NCBI RefSeq assembly: GCF_006345805.1
Contig: NC_042998.1
Span: 42,222,001 to 42,286,000, forward strand
Origin: Octopus sinensis
Taxonomy: Eukaryota
DNA length: 64,000 nt
Reading direction: 5' to 3'
Part shown: piece after piece, positions 51,478 through 64,000 of the stretch
Position numbering within the stretch: position 1 is the stretch's first letter
How the letters are laid out: every line of letters begins with the position of its first letter
The notes under the pieces: model-generated
The model's input: the letters and a program-made list of their open reading frames with translations, nothing else
Databases searched by the model: none
What the model was told of the DNA's origin: nothing
Translations under genes and position numbers: made by a program

Positions 51478-51633
51478 GTAACTTCTTGCCTCATATGAGT
51501 TAATTGTTACTTGAAAAAACATTTACTCCTACATAAGTGCTTAAGTAGATTTTTCACTGCATACACACTAACATACATTGATATATATATATATATGTGT
51601 GTGTGTAATATATTATATATATATGTGTGTGTG

Positions 51634-51692
<59 letters not shown>

Positions 51693-51741
51693 ATATATTA
51701 TTACACACACACATATATATTATATATATATATATATATTC

Positions 51742-52537
51742 TATTATATTAGAGGGAAAATCAAAACCAGGGCAGAACGAGTATCTCAAGTCATTTAGAA
51801 TAATTTAATTAGGGTAAGGTGAATTTGAAGTCTTACAGCTGTTTCTGGGATAACCCAAGTGTTTGGTTAGCATGTCTGTGCACTGGGTATTCCATCATCA
51901 GAGACAAGGTATGAGTATTTTAGGCAGGAAAATTTACAGTTTACAAGGAGTAAAAGTTGCGGTTTATAAGGAATAAAATAGAAGAATAAAGTAGTAAAAT
52001 AAAAGAATAAAGAGTAAAAGTGGTTAGAAGAATATAGGCAGGAGAATAATATTCACAACTCATTTTGTTTTTTTTTTAGTTGTCACAACTCATCTTTTCC
52101 AGAGGATATACTTACTGGGAACAGGTGTAAACCATGATCATCAAGGTGGTTCTCTCAAAGTGAGGCCCTTCCATTGCACACTGATTGGGTTGACCTTTGT
52201 GATTGCCCCAAATGTGGACAACTATAAAAAAAAGAAAATGAGTTGTGAACATTATTCTCCTGCTGATATTCTTCTAACTACTTTTGCTCTTTATTCTTCT
52301 ATTTTACTAATTTATTCTTCTACTTTATTCCTTGCAAACTGAATTTTATTCCTTGTAAACTGTAAATTTTCCCTGTCTAAAATATTCATACCCAGTTCGC
52401 AGACATGCTAACCAAACACTTGGGTTATCCCAGAAACAGCTGTAAGACTTCAAATTCACCTTACCCTAATTGAATTATTCTAAATGACTTGAGATACTCA
52501 TTCTGCCTTAATTTTGATTTTTTCCTCTAACATAATA
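51742..52537. mobile_element. Foldback element with 300-345-bp inverted arms (PLE inverted pseudo-LTR-like)
   Basis: Arms 51742-52066 and 52235-52537 are reverse complements, extending imperfectly inward to about 52086 and 52213. The right arm has a 22-bp deletion. Confidence 0.85.
51830..51905 (-). ncRNA. Type I hammerhead ribozyme, canonical core, long stem II, palindromic stem III
   Basis: GUCU-CUGAUGA-[UGGAAUACCCAGUG..CACUUGGGUUAUCCCA]-GAAA-CAGCUG-UA-AGAC. Confidence 0.78.
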
Positions 52538-52910
52538 TATACATGCTATAACAGAACCCTAACACAGATCCCTAGATCCAGCTTTACCTGTGATCTTGGA
52601 ACCGAATGGTCGACCAACTACAGCACTTACCCTGCATTTAGATTACAAGTGAACTAAACCCCTCATATTTTTACACACACACACACATATGCGTGTGTGT
52701 CTGTATATATATCTATCTATATATATATGTACATATATATACATATACATATATATATATGTATGTGTATATATATATGTGTGTGTGTATGTATATATAT
52801 ATATATATATACGTACATATACATACATATACATACAATAATCGTACATATACGTACATATACGTACATATACATACATACATATACCTACATAGACAGA
52901 TATGTATTAA

Positions 52911-52958
<48 letters not shown>

Positions 52959-53095
52959 AACAAGTGAATGTCGTTGATAGATAGTCCTGGTTAAGTTTCC
53001 AAAAGGAAATATATGATGCTGGATGAAACAGTCAATCAGTATTTCTACCTTGTCTTTATTGTGACATTTTGTTTTTATTGTGAGCAGCCTGTCTA

Positions 53096-54316
53096 TGAGG
53101 GTGGGCTGAAAATTTCATGAGCTGAATATGAAGGAGTGATGGTAGAGCTGTGAAGTCTTGCATACATTAATTTACTTTCTTGTTAATAACTGCATCGTTT
53201 CTTTTCAGGTAAAGTTACATCTGATTGCTCAAAAACTTCAAAAGTATATAGTAGTGACTTCTCTTGAAAATGGACAACATTTGGCATCATGGTGTTATCG
53301 AATATCTTCACAAAAATGGTTTAACCCCCAAGGACATTCATGCTGATATAGTTACTACATTAGGGGATGATGCTCCAGTTTTAGCAACAGTGCTAAAGTG
53401 GACAGCTAAATTTAGGAATGGAAGGGAGAGTCTTGAAGATGACCCAAAATCTAGACAGTCTACAACTGCCACAGCCGAGGAAAACATTGTGTTCATCACA
53501 TAGTGATGGATGACAAGTAATTGACTATAAATCAAATAGCCAATGCTATTAGCATAACCCATGAGAGAGTTGAAAATATTTTACACAATGAACTTGGCAT
53601 GACAAAGGTTTCTGCTTTGTGGGTGTCACATCTTCTGACACCTGATCAAAAGTGCACTAGGCTGATCACATCACAGGAAAATCTGACATTGTTTGAGGCA
53701 GATCCAGCTGGTTTTCTTGAACATTTCCTGAGCCAGAGACAAAGAAACAATCCATGCAGTGCAAACACCCCTCTCACCTGCTCCAAAGAAGGCCAAGGTC
53801 ATTTCATCTGCTGGGAAGGTGACGGCCTCAGCCTTTTGGGATGCAAAAGGCATTGTGTTTATTGATTATGTTCAAAAAGGCCACACTATCAAAGGAAAGG
53901 TATTATGCCAACTTGCTGAGGTAGTTATAGAAGGCCATCAGGATCAAATGCCCTAGAAAACTGACAAAAGGGATCTTATTTCATGAAGACAATGCCCCAG
54001 CACACAACTCCTTGGTTTAAATGGCTTCTGTTTGTGATTGTGGCTTTGAATTAGTTGATCATCCTCCCTGTCCTCCTGATTTGGTCCCATCTAACTATCA
54101 TCTGTTCTCCAACATGAAAAACCACTTGGCTGGGAGGCAGTATCTAAGTGATGATGATGACTGTTTGTGAGAAACAGGATGGAAGCTTCTTCACCAATGG
54201 GATCAAAGCACTGCAACACTGATAGAAGAGTGTGGACTGCAAAGGGTAGTATATCGAAAATAAATGTCATTTGGTCACTTTCTATGGTCAGTCTATGAAC
54301 ATTTCAGCAACTCATG
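53096..54316 (+). mobile_element. Mariner transposon, degenerate (about 1.22 kb)
   Basis: TA-flanked diverged TIRs (ctgaaa.tttcat). Translation LGMTKVSALWVSHLLT, FHEDNAPAH and PDLVPSNYHLF. Confidence 0.9.
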
Positions 54317-54431
54317 TATTGATGGTTTAAAACTTATTGGATTCACTGCACATTTAGATCAATGATCAGCCATAGCTGAATGCATTTTTCTGTAACTTCA
54401 ACATATATTGCTAAGTCATTTTTCATTTCAG

Positions 54432-54477
54432 AGAGAGTAAAGAGTTTGCCACATTGATAAAACAGATTGACAACTAG
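54432..54477 (+). CDS. Candidate terminal exon (ESKEFATLIKQIDN*)
   Basis: Good tttttcatttcag acceptor and correct phase 2, ending in TAG. No recognisable homology, and it would truncate the protein relative to human. Confidence 0.3.
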
Positions 54478-55904
54478 AATTTCCCTAGTTAATTCATGTT
54501 TCAAGGGATATATATCTTTTGTTGTTAAGGGTCATCAAACAATTTGGACCTGTATGTGAATTGGATTGACCTGTATGTGAATTGGATTGACCTGTATGTG
54601 TATGTATCAATGATGCTTTTCCTACCTCTGTTGGTTTGGATGTTTTGATTTACATCTAGAAAAGCATCCTAAAATGCTATCTCTCCCACACACTCCATAC
54701 AAACATAAAATAGACATACACACAGAAATAGCTGCAGCATTAATAACCTCATTAACTCCAAGTGCTCAGCTTGACAAAGTATATCTGGAACAATGGATCT
54801 ATAGGTTACATCAGATCATTTGGGCAGCTACTTGCATGCCATTGATGAACAGGATTAGAGATGACTTGATGCTAAACAAAACAGCATCAAACTGAAGTAG
54901 CTGCTAGTCTTACCCAATTTTTTAGTGTCCTCATTTCCAGTTTTTGATTTTTCCCAAAGCTCAAATGTATCTCACTGTACATTACTACTGTCAAGTTTGC
55001 AATTGTTCTCCTATGTAGATCATTATACTTGTAGCCTACGTTAAAGAGGAATGCATTTCCCAGGTTAACAACCTCTTCCTTACTGACAGCTTTCAGTTTT
55101 GGCACAAGATCATATTTTGAACTTTTTTTTTTTACAACAGACTTCACCACTTATGATTCTGCCCATCTTCAGTTCTAATAGCTTCAATTTTAATAGCTCA
55201 ATTCTAATTGATTTGAATTCTGATAGTTCAGTATTACTTGCAAATCTCACTCTTTTCCTTATATTTCCACTTTGAAAAATCGTTCCTAAGTGTTTCCTTT
55301 TCACCTTGACTCTGTCCTACATAACAAGCATTGTTTGGAATTACTTCACTGTATTTGTATCATGATATATTATTAATTTGGATTTGCTTTAATTCATCTG
55401 TATCATCTGTATTAGTACATTTCCTTTAACTTTGTATCAGTTAACAATGGTGTTACTTCATTAATCATGAAGGACATTTTCCTCACACAATTCAATTAGT
55501 TATATGAGTAATTAGTGGAATATAAAGCAGTGCAGTACTACCAGTCTAATATTTAAAATCTTATGTGTTGTTTTTCATGTAAAAGGTTTCTCTGGATTAT
55601 TTAGCTTATAAGCAACTCTAATTTCACATGCTAAAATTATATAGCCTTAAGGTTCCCATCATTCCTTCTTCAGAAAATTTATGGAGTCAATGCTTTGTTG
55701 AAGAGCTCAGAATAAAACTAAAATATATCTGGAGTTCTTTACCATTTTTATTTGAAAAATGGAATAATAATATTACAGTCAATTCTAGTTAACTTTTTTA
55801 AGGGAGCCTTAAAAAAGGTTAACTAGAAATAAATAATCACCACATATGTATTTCTAGTTTATTTAAGATTCCCTGCATAAAATATATCAATACTAGTTTA
55901 TTAC

Positions 55905-56118
55905 TCTTTACTCTTTTACTCTTTCACTTGTTTCAGTCATTTGACTGTGGCCATGCTGGAGCACCACCTTTAGTCGAGCAAATTGACCCCAGGACTTATT
56001 CTTTGTAAGCCTAGTACTTATTGTATTGGTCTCTTTTGCCGAACCGCTAAGTTACGAGGACATAAACACACCAGCATCGGTTGTCAAGCGATGTTGGAGG
56101 GACAAACACAGATACACA

Positions 56119-56155
<37 letters not shown>

Positions 56156-56310
56156 GTATATACGACGGGCTTCTTTCAGTTTCCATCTACCAAATCCACT
56201 CACAAGGCTTTGGTCGGCCCAAGGCTATTGTAGAAGACACTTGCCCAAGGTGCCACGAAGTGGGACTGAACCCAAAACCATGTGGTTCGTAAGCAAGCTA
56301 CCTACCACAC
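55905..56310 (-). mobile_element. SINE family S1, full-length copy
   Basis: Tail tactctttactctttt, internal (TA)n, head cacagccactcct. Confidence 0.85.
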
Positions 56311-58678
56311 AGCCACTCCTCTTATTACCTGACCATTTTAGTTTGTTTCAGTGGTGGCAGGTCTCTTTCTCAAATTTTTTTCTTATTTAGCATTACTTAA
56401 GTGTGATATTCCCAAGAGGAAGGAGCGGTTTATATCCAGCTAGACCAGCAAGAATGATACAATCATGTTACCCCTAACATCATTTAGCCTCATAACTCTC
56501 CTGATTTGAGCTTCCTGAATATCTGCATCAATATTACTGTTGTGTGTGTGTGTGTGTGTGTGCATTTAGGGATTGGGAGTGAAACAGCAGCTCCATAGTA
56601 CCACAAGGACTGTAATTGGCTTGTGTTGTAACATGGGTAAGGTCCACTTTATTGATCCTGGCATGCAGTTGCTTTTATGGTTGTACCAGAGCCATCACTG
56701 AGACAGAAGTAAGTTCTATTGCATGGCTTTTCTTTGGTGTATTTGGTCAAAAATGGAGTCAGTTTTCTTAAAAGTATGCTTTACTTCTGCTTGGTGTTTT
56801 GTTTTGCTTTGTATTTTGTTTTGTTCTCAAACATCCAGATACTCAGCATATATTACATACATACACTCTCTCTCTCTTTCTCATACACACATGCACACAC
56901 GCACGCACACACACATACACACACACACACGTATACACACGTATACACAGATGAACTGTTTTGAATTTTAATAACTACTTTGCTGAGCTACCAAAATTTT
57001 AACAGTTAGTTTTACTAGCCTACCAAAATTTTAATCATCAGTTCCATATAATAAATTTCCTATATCAGTTACAAAATATCACTTCATTATGAGGGTCTAA
57101 ATATATGTTATTAAATGGACAAAAATTTTGAATCCAAAGAATCTGGTGATTATCTATATTGGTAAAAATCAATCAAATAAATCTCAGAAGACTAAAATTT
57201 TTTAATAATTTCACCACTCTGGCCCTTCATCTGAGAGTGAGTAAAAGAGGACTGCCCCCTACAAAAAAAAAAAAAACTAACAGAATTTGAAGGATAACCT
57301 AAAAAGAAAGATGGCATGAGAGGGTGAAAAACCAAGAAGGCAAGTGGAATGAAGGAAGGTTAGAAAGTTGGACAAGATAGTATTTATGCATCCCTCAAAC
57401 AACCATTAAAAAACTTATAGTTAAGGTTACAGATTAAAGTATGTAGGTACAAGATAGAGAAACAGGAAGGTAGGTGAGTGCAATATGTCAAAACCCCACC
57501 ACCACAAATAGAAGTACCATTGTGATGACTGATTATATAAGGAAAGAGAATGTAGGAGATGGTATAAGGGTAGAAGCAAAGTAGATGAGGGTGAAGGGGA
57601 AGCATATATGCAAACATACAATTTACATACACAAGCAATATGGGAATACTCATGTATATTTTCTAACTCTTGTCATTGCAAATTAACAGCACAATTCTTC
57701 TGAAATCAATTATTAAAATAAATTAATTATTAAGTAAAGAATCCTATACTGCAAATAAGTAATTAACTTCCTTCAAAACATTATAAGGACAAATGAACTG
57801 TGAGTGATGATAGACTAGAATTATTTGTTTATATGTCATGTGTGACATATAACTTTTCCCTGTAAACCATTTTTCAATATCCAGTAAAAAGTTATCAACA
57901 ATTCTCATTTAAAAAGAAGTATTAGTTACAAATTTTGGCTCTAGGCCAGCAGTTCTGGGGAAGGAGTAATTCAATTATATGGACTTCCCTCATCCACTGC
58001 CATCAGTTGCACTGGTACTTATTTTATCGACCTTGAAACGATGAAAGATAAAGTCAACCATGTCAGAATTTGAACTTAGAATGTAATGACAGACGACATA
58101 CCACTAAGCATTTTGTACTGCTTGCTAACAATTCTGCCAGCTCACTGCCTTACTTTTATAGAAAAGAAAGGTACAGGCATGGATGTGTGGTAAGAAGCTT
58201 GCTTTCCAACTGTATGGTCCCGGGTTCAGTCCCACTGAGTGACAGCTTAGACAAGTGCCTTATACTATAGACTTAGGCTGATCAAAAACGTATGAGTAGA
58301 TTTGGTAGAAAGAAAATGAAAGAAGCCCATGTTGTGTGTGTGTGTGTATAAGAAAAAGTGATAATTAAATTAATAATTATTTATTAATTATAGAATAGGA
58401 TATATCTCTGACAGATGAGATTCAGCTTTAAAATATTTTTGATTATACTGATAAATTTCTAAAACCTTGGATCAAAAGTGCTGTAAGAGATGTCCTATAT
58501 TATAACTGATAAATAATTATTAATTTAATTATCTCTCTATTTTATTATTTTCTTATAAAGATATATAAACCCTGGATTATCCAGTTACCTTACAGTTGAA
58601 CACTTCTTGTAATATGAATAAACCAGTATTTCATTGGATTTTATTATCCCTTAATGAGGTTTGTAACCTTTATTTGAA

Positions 58679-58749
<71 letters not shown>

Positions 58750-58753
<4 letters not shown>

Positions 58754-59182
58754 TCATCATCATCATCATCATTTAGCGTCCGTTCTCCATGCTAGCATGG
58801 GTTGGACGGTTCAACTGGGATCTGTGAAGCTGGAAGGCTTCATCAGGCCCAGTCAGATCTGGCAGTGTTTCTACGGCTGGATGCCTTCCTAACGCCAACC
58901 ACTCCTTGAGTGTAGTGGATGCTTTTTACATGCCACTCGCACAGGTGCCAGACAGAGCTGGCAAACGGCCACGAACGGATGGTGTTTTTACGTGTCACCG
59001 GCACGGGGCCAGGCGAGGCTGCTGGCAACGGACACGAACGGAATGGTGCTTTTACGTGCCACCAACACGGGGCCAGACAGAGCTGGCAAACGGCCATGAA
59101 ACGGATGGTGCTTTTACGTGTCACCGGCATGGGGGCCAGGCGAGGCTGGCAACGGACACGAACGGATGGTGCTTTTACGTGC
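58750..59182 (-). mobile_element. RTE 3'UTR copy between (TA)n tracts
   Basis: Tail plus four modules, truncated inside a module. Confidence 0.85.
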
Positions 59183-59383
59183 CTATATATAATATATATA
59201 TATATATTATATATACATATGTATATATAGTAGATATATATATAGATAGATGGATATATACAGGGTGTGCCAAAAGTCCCCTGACAGTTATTCAAAACCA
59301 TCTAATTCCAAGATTTATTTATGTTTAACAACTGAATGAATTTAATAAAAGAATCTAAATATGAAACATAATAATAATGATGA

Positions 59384-59417
<34 letters not shown>

Positions 59418-59726
59418 TGTGGTGGTGGTGGTGGTGGTGGCGGTGATGGTGATGATGGTGATGATGATGATGATGAAAATTAATTAATCAATTACTAATT
59501 AATAATTTTACCAAGAAGTTCGGTATGTTAAAAGAACCATTATCAGTAACCTTATACAAAAAATTCTATAATTATAAGCATAATTATAGTTAGGGTTCAG
59601 CAAAATCTTATGGTAGTGGAATAGTATTTAACTGCTATTTCTAAATTTCGGTCTGTGGTGAAGCAATTTTTGCTGAACTCTAATTATAATTATGCTTATA
59701 ATTATAGAATTTTTTTATATATATAC

Positions 59727-59829
<103 letters not shown>

Positions 59830-59937
59830 CGTTTATTTGTGGTGTCCTGTACTCATATATGCATCTATATATACATATAGATGTAGGTATGTACATATAT
59901 ATATGTATGTATGCATATGTTTTATTTATTAAATTGT

Positions 59938-59982
<45 letters not shown>

Positions 59983-60305
59983 AAGAGTGGTTGTATACTG
60001 TCAACTTAACGTGACAGTCCCATATGGGAATTACACCACTGCTGTTTAGCCCTAGGAAGCATCGAACGCTTCCTGTCAGCTTTGACATATATACATATAT
60101 ATATACATATACATATATATGCATGTATATGTATGCATGTAAGCATGTATGCATGTATGTGTGTGTGTATATATATATATACATACACACACATATACAT
60201 ATGTACATACTATCACAAGCACACATATACATACATTTGATGATGAGGATGATATACATATGCACCCTCTCATGAGTATGCTTGTGTATGTGTGTGTGTG
60301 TGTGT

Positions 60306-60816
60306 GGTTGCAGAAATTATCTGACAGCCATGACTGGGTTCTCTTGCTTGTGTGGCATGGTGCAGAGTCCTGTTGCCAGACACAGGATCTTCCAGTAGCC
60401 ACCCTCTCGACGGAGGATAGCACTAGCCCCTCTAGGCACTTGATGTAGGCCTCTGTGAGTCTGAGGCCGTGTGGGAAGATAAATAGAGACATAACATCGC
60501 CATCACTAGTGATCACTCCAAACGCCATGATTTTGACTGGATGTTTGATTTTTATCACTCTCGGTACATGTCCTCAGATTGCACTGTCCCCAGATTGATA
60601 CCCCAAACACTCTGAGATATTTGTGTTGGAGCTTCTGTTGCAAATACCAAGCAGCACAGCATGTCATTTCCAAATTTCTGGCAGAGTGAATTGTGTCATG
60701 GTGCTGTTTGCCCAACTGGCCCTACTATACTGTTTAGTCAAGAAAAATCAAAAATAAACAATGTGAATATGTGAAATTAAAAATATAAAATGGTGACAAT
60801 TTACCCATCACACCCT

Positions 60817-60817
<1 letters not shown>
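60306..60817 (-). mobile_element. maT/DD37D-like Tc1-mariner fragment (5' TIR plus partial transposase)
   Basis: KHPVKIMAFGVITSDGDVM...WQQDSAPCHTSKRTQSWL. End CAGGGTGTGATGG followed by TA. 3' part lost at a microsatellite. Confidence 0.75.
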
Positions 60818-60858
<41 letters not shown>

Positions 60859-61530
60859 ACACACACACACATTCAAACATATCTGCTTATTCATATTTTT
60901 ATGCTTCTAAAAACTGCTGGATAATGTGTATGCATGTTATATATGTATATGTTATATGTGTGTATTATACCATTATGTGCATGTGAGTAGATTAGTATTG
61001 GTGGGTGAATGGAATGGGGGAACATTTGAGAGCATGTGTGTTCTACATCTCTTTTGCTTATTTGTTTGTGTAATTTACACCCAATATGAAAAGGAAATTA
61101 ATTCATAAAACTCCTTATAAAAACTAATTTAATTAAAACCATTGGGAATTGTAGAGCAGTAAATCAGTCTAAAATATTAGAAAGAATGGTAGAACTAATG
61201 CGTTTGTTTTCACTTTGAATGGTTGATTAATATGGCATTTTATTAGTTGACTAGTTTTTCCTGTTTTCTTATTTCTTTTTCTTTTCTTTTATTTTACATG
61301 TGATATGCTTACAAGGAATAAATATATCTGAAATGTGGGCATAGGCATGGGTGTGTAGTTGAGAAGTTCACTTTGTAACCATGCAGCCCAGGTTCAATTT
61401 CACTATATGGCCCCATAGCTTTTTGTCATAGCTCTGGGTTAATCATTCTTTCTGGGTCAAATTTAGTGGAGAGAAATGTCTCAGATGCTTGTTGCATTTG
61501 CATGTATATGTGTGTGTATGTGTACGTATA

Positions 61531-63169
61531 CACTGGTGAAAATAAATTTAAGACCGATGATAAAAGTTCTATTTCTTACAAAATATTTTGCTACTAACAC
61601 CATACAAATTACTTTCATCTTTCACACCTTAATCAGAATTCATTTCTCTTTCGAATGATGCAGACAATGACTATTTTTATACAACTTGAAGAATTCTAAT
61701 GCTAAATTAGTGTAAACATTACAAATTTACCGGCAAAATTATTTTAGGACTGTATCATTATAATTTTATTTAAAGCTTAAGATTGTAGCAAAAATGAGTA
61801 ACAAAAATGAAATACATATTGGTACTTTGTGCCGTAGCCTTTATTCTTAATAACAGCTGAACAATGCCTTGGCATTGAATTCATTAAGTGATTACAAAAT
61901 TCTATGGGAATGTTTTGCCATATTTCATTGATATAATTGAATAATTGTTTTAGATTAGATGGTTTTTTAGCTGGACTTTTCTGGAAACATAATTCCACAA
62001 GTTCTCGATTGGATTCAGGTCTGGGCTCTGGGGTGGCCATTGGATTATGTTAATATTATGGTGATCAAAAAATTCCATAACCTTTTTGGCTTTGTGCACA
62101 GGACTATTGTCCTGCTGATAAATAGCCCCCGGAGGCATTTGGTGAGTCAAATATGGCACAACATTATCCTTTAGTAGCTTCATATAACCTACACTATTTA
62201 GCTTTCCATCAACTTTAACTAGAGGGCCAACACCAAAGCTACTAAATGCCACCTACACCATCACACTCCTATCCCCCGTGTGTGCTGTCTTTTTCATGTA
62301 TTTTGGATGGAATTCCTCGGTTGGGTGACGTCTGATGTATGTTTTACCATCTGATCCAAATATACAGAAGCATGACTCGTCACTCCAAAGAACCCTGCAC
62401 CAATCTTCAGCAGTCCATTAAGCATGGCTTTTTGTGAAATTAAGGTGTTTGAGTTGATTTCTTTTGAATATTATTGGCTTTTTCCAAGCGATTCGTCCAT
62501 GTAGTCCAAATTCTCTCAAATGGTTGCAGACGGTTCGTGGTGTAAAAATAACACCATTCTCGTTGGACAATTGTTTACAAATGTCAACGGCTGTCAACAT
62601 TCGGTTGCCTTCCAAAAGTCAGTGGATTCGATGGTCCAACTGTGCCATCGTTTTTCTTGGGGCGCCAGGTCCTTTGCCAATGTTTATATTGACCTGTCTC
62701 CAAGTATAACTTCCATGCTTGCATGCAAGCCATTTTACTGCATTTTAGTTGCTTGCTGATATTTGAAAAGGAAACTTTTTGCGAATGGAGTAATATGACT
62801 GTTGCTCTTGTGACTGGACTAAGGCTACATTGTTTTCCCATTATTAATCAATTGTATAATAACGTTAAATTATAACACTATATAGTGCAGTTAGGCTAGT
62901 TGTGTGACCACCCATTTTGGCAAAACAAATTTGCATACATATTACATGGTCTTAAACTAATTTTGCCAGTAAATTTGAAACATTTCTATTAATTTAGCAT
63001 TAGAATTCTTCAAGTTATATAAAAAATAGTTATTGTTTGCATCATTCAAAAGAGAAATAAATTCTGCATAAGGTGTAAAAGATAAAAATAATTTGTATAG
63101 TGTTAGTAACAAAATATTTTGTAAGAAATAGAACTTTTATCATCGGTCTTAAATCTATTTTCGCCAGTG
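61531..63169 (-). mobile_element. Tc1-family (DD34E) transposon with ~220-bp IR/DR termini, disrupted transposase
   Basis: TA-flanked CACTGG...CCAGTG. Translation MGKQCSLS..., QQDNSPVHK and WPPQSPDLNPIENLW. Confidence 0.93.
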
Positions 63170-63187
63170 TATGTGTGTGTGTGTGTC

Positions 63188-63222
<35 letters not shown>

Positions 63223-63839
63223 GCATTTATATATATATATATATATATATATAAACATATACACGCAATATACACCCATGCCAGTCACTTAAATTATGTA
63301 AAAATGAAAATAACACTGACATCCTATTTTCACAATCTTCCATTGCAGTGTTCATGTTTGAAAGACTACAGAAAATATTACCTTGCTTGAAAAGAAGGGG
63401 TTGGCAACTGGAAGGGCATCTGGTTGTAGATAATATGCTTCATTTTGTCTGTGAAGGTGCATGGTGCTGTGGTTAGAACATTGGGCTCACAATCATGAAA
63501 TAGCGAGTTCGATTGCTGGACTGAGTTGTGTGTTGCCCTCTTGAGCAAGACATTTTATTTCACATTGCTTCAGTTCACTCAACTGTAGAAATGACTTGTG
63601 ACATGACTGGTGCCAAGCTGTAACAGTCTTTCCCTTTCCCTTGGATAAGATTGGTGGAGTGGAGAGGGGAAGCTGCTGGTCTTCCATAAACAACCTTGCT
63701 TGGACTTGTACCTCAGAAGGTAACTTTCTAAGTGCAATCCCATGGTCATTTATGACTGACAGGGGGCTCTTTACCCTTTGCCTTAACTATGCAAGTATGG
63801 AAAAGTTGACATTGGGCCTTTTGCCTAGAGTAGAAAAGA

Positions 63840-63895
<56 letters not shown>

Positions 63896-64000
63896 TTATG
63901 TGTGTAGTTTTGTGTCTGCATTTGTCCTCTCCCCCATCGCTTGGCAACCAATGTTAGTGTGTTTACATCCCCATAACTTAGCAGTTCAGCAAAAAGAGAC

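Noticed and set aside
54547-54600. 21-bp tandem repeat (about 2.5 copies)
   Set aside because: It is an ordinary local slippage duplication with no other support.
56570-56708. Possible next AXDND1 exon ending GAA|gtaagt or G|gtaagg
   Set aside because: Either the phase is wrong or the acceptor is weak, and there is no convincing match to the expected downstream sequence.
59261-59300. CAGGGTGTG start as the partner TIR of the maT fragment ending at 60817
   Set aside because: Only 9 bp match, so it is more likely a separate truncated MITE.

Overview
AT-rich, microsatellite- and transposon-dense animal DNA. The repeat families look like those of an octopod cephalopod (recognised from memory, not searched). 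One host gene is visible: seven in-phase internal coding exons on + (8223-51477) of an AXDND1 (axonemal dynein light chain domain-containing 1) orthologue, with a 27.6-kb intron. Its 5' exons lie outside the window and its 3' end is uncertain. The introns hold a near-intact RTE LINE, about 20 truncated RTE 3' ends, CR1 fragments, several tRNA-headed SINE families, Helitrons, and hAT, pogo, mariner, maT and Tc1 relics. The most unusual signals are five. (1) Minimal hammerhead ribozyme motifs from several Penelope-like families; those with an intact core all lie antisense to the gene, and a foldback element has lost the core only from its sense-strand arm. (2) SINE insertions carrying a poly(A) tract at their 5' end inside the target-site duplication. 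(3) A head-to-head fused RTE pair. (4) Structured, copy-number-variable modules in the RTE 3'UTR. (5) A composite Helitron containing a higher-order tandem repeat. All analysis was by eye; repeat boundaries are approximate unless a TSD or TIR is quoted.
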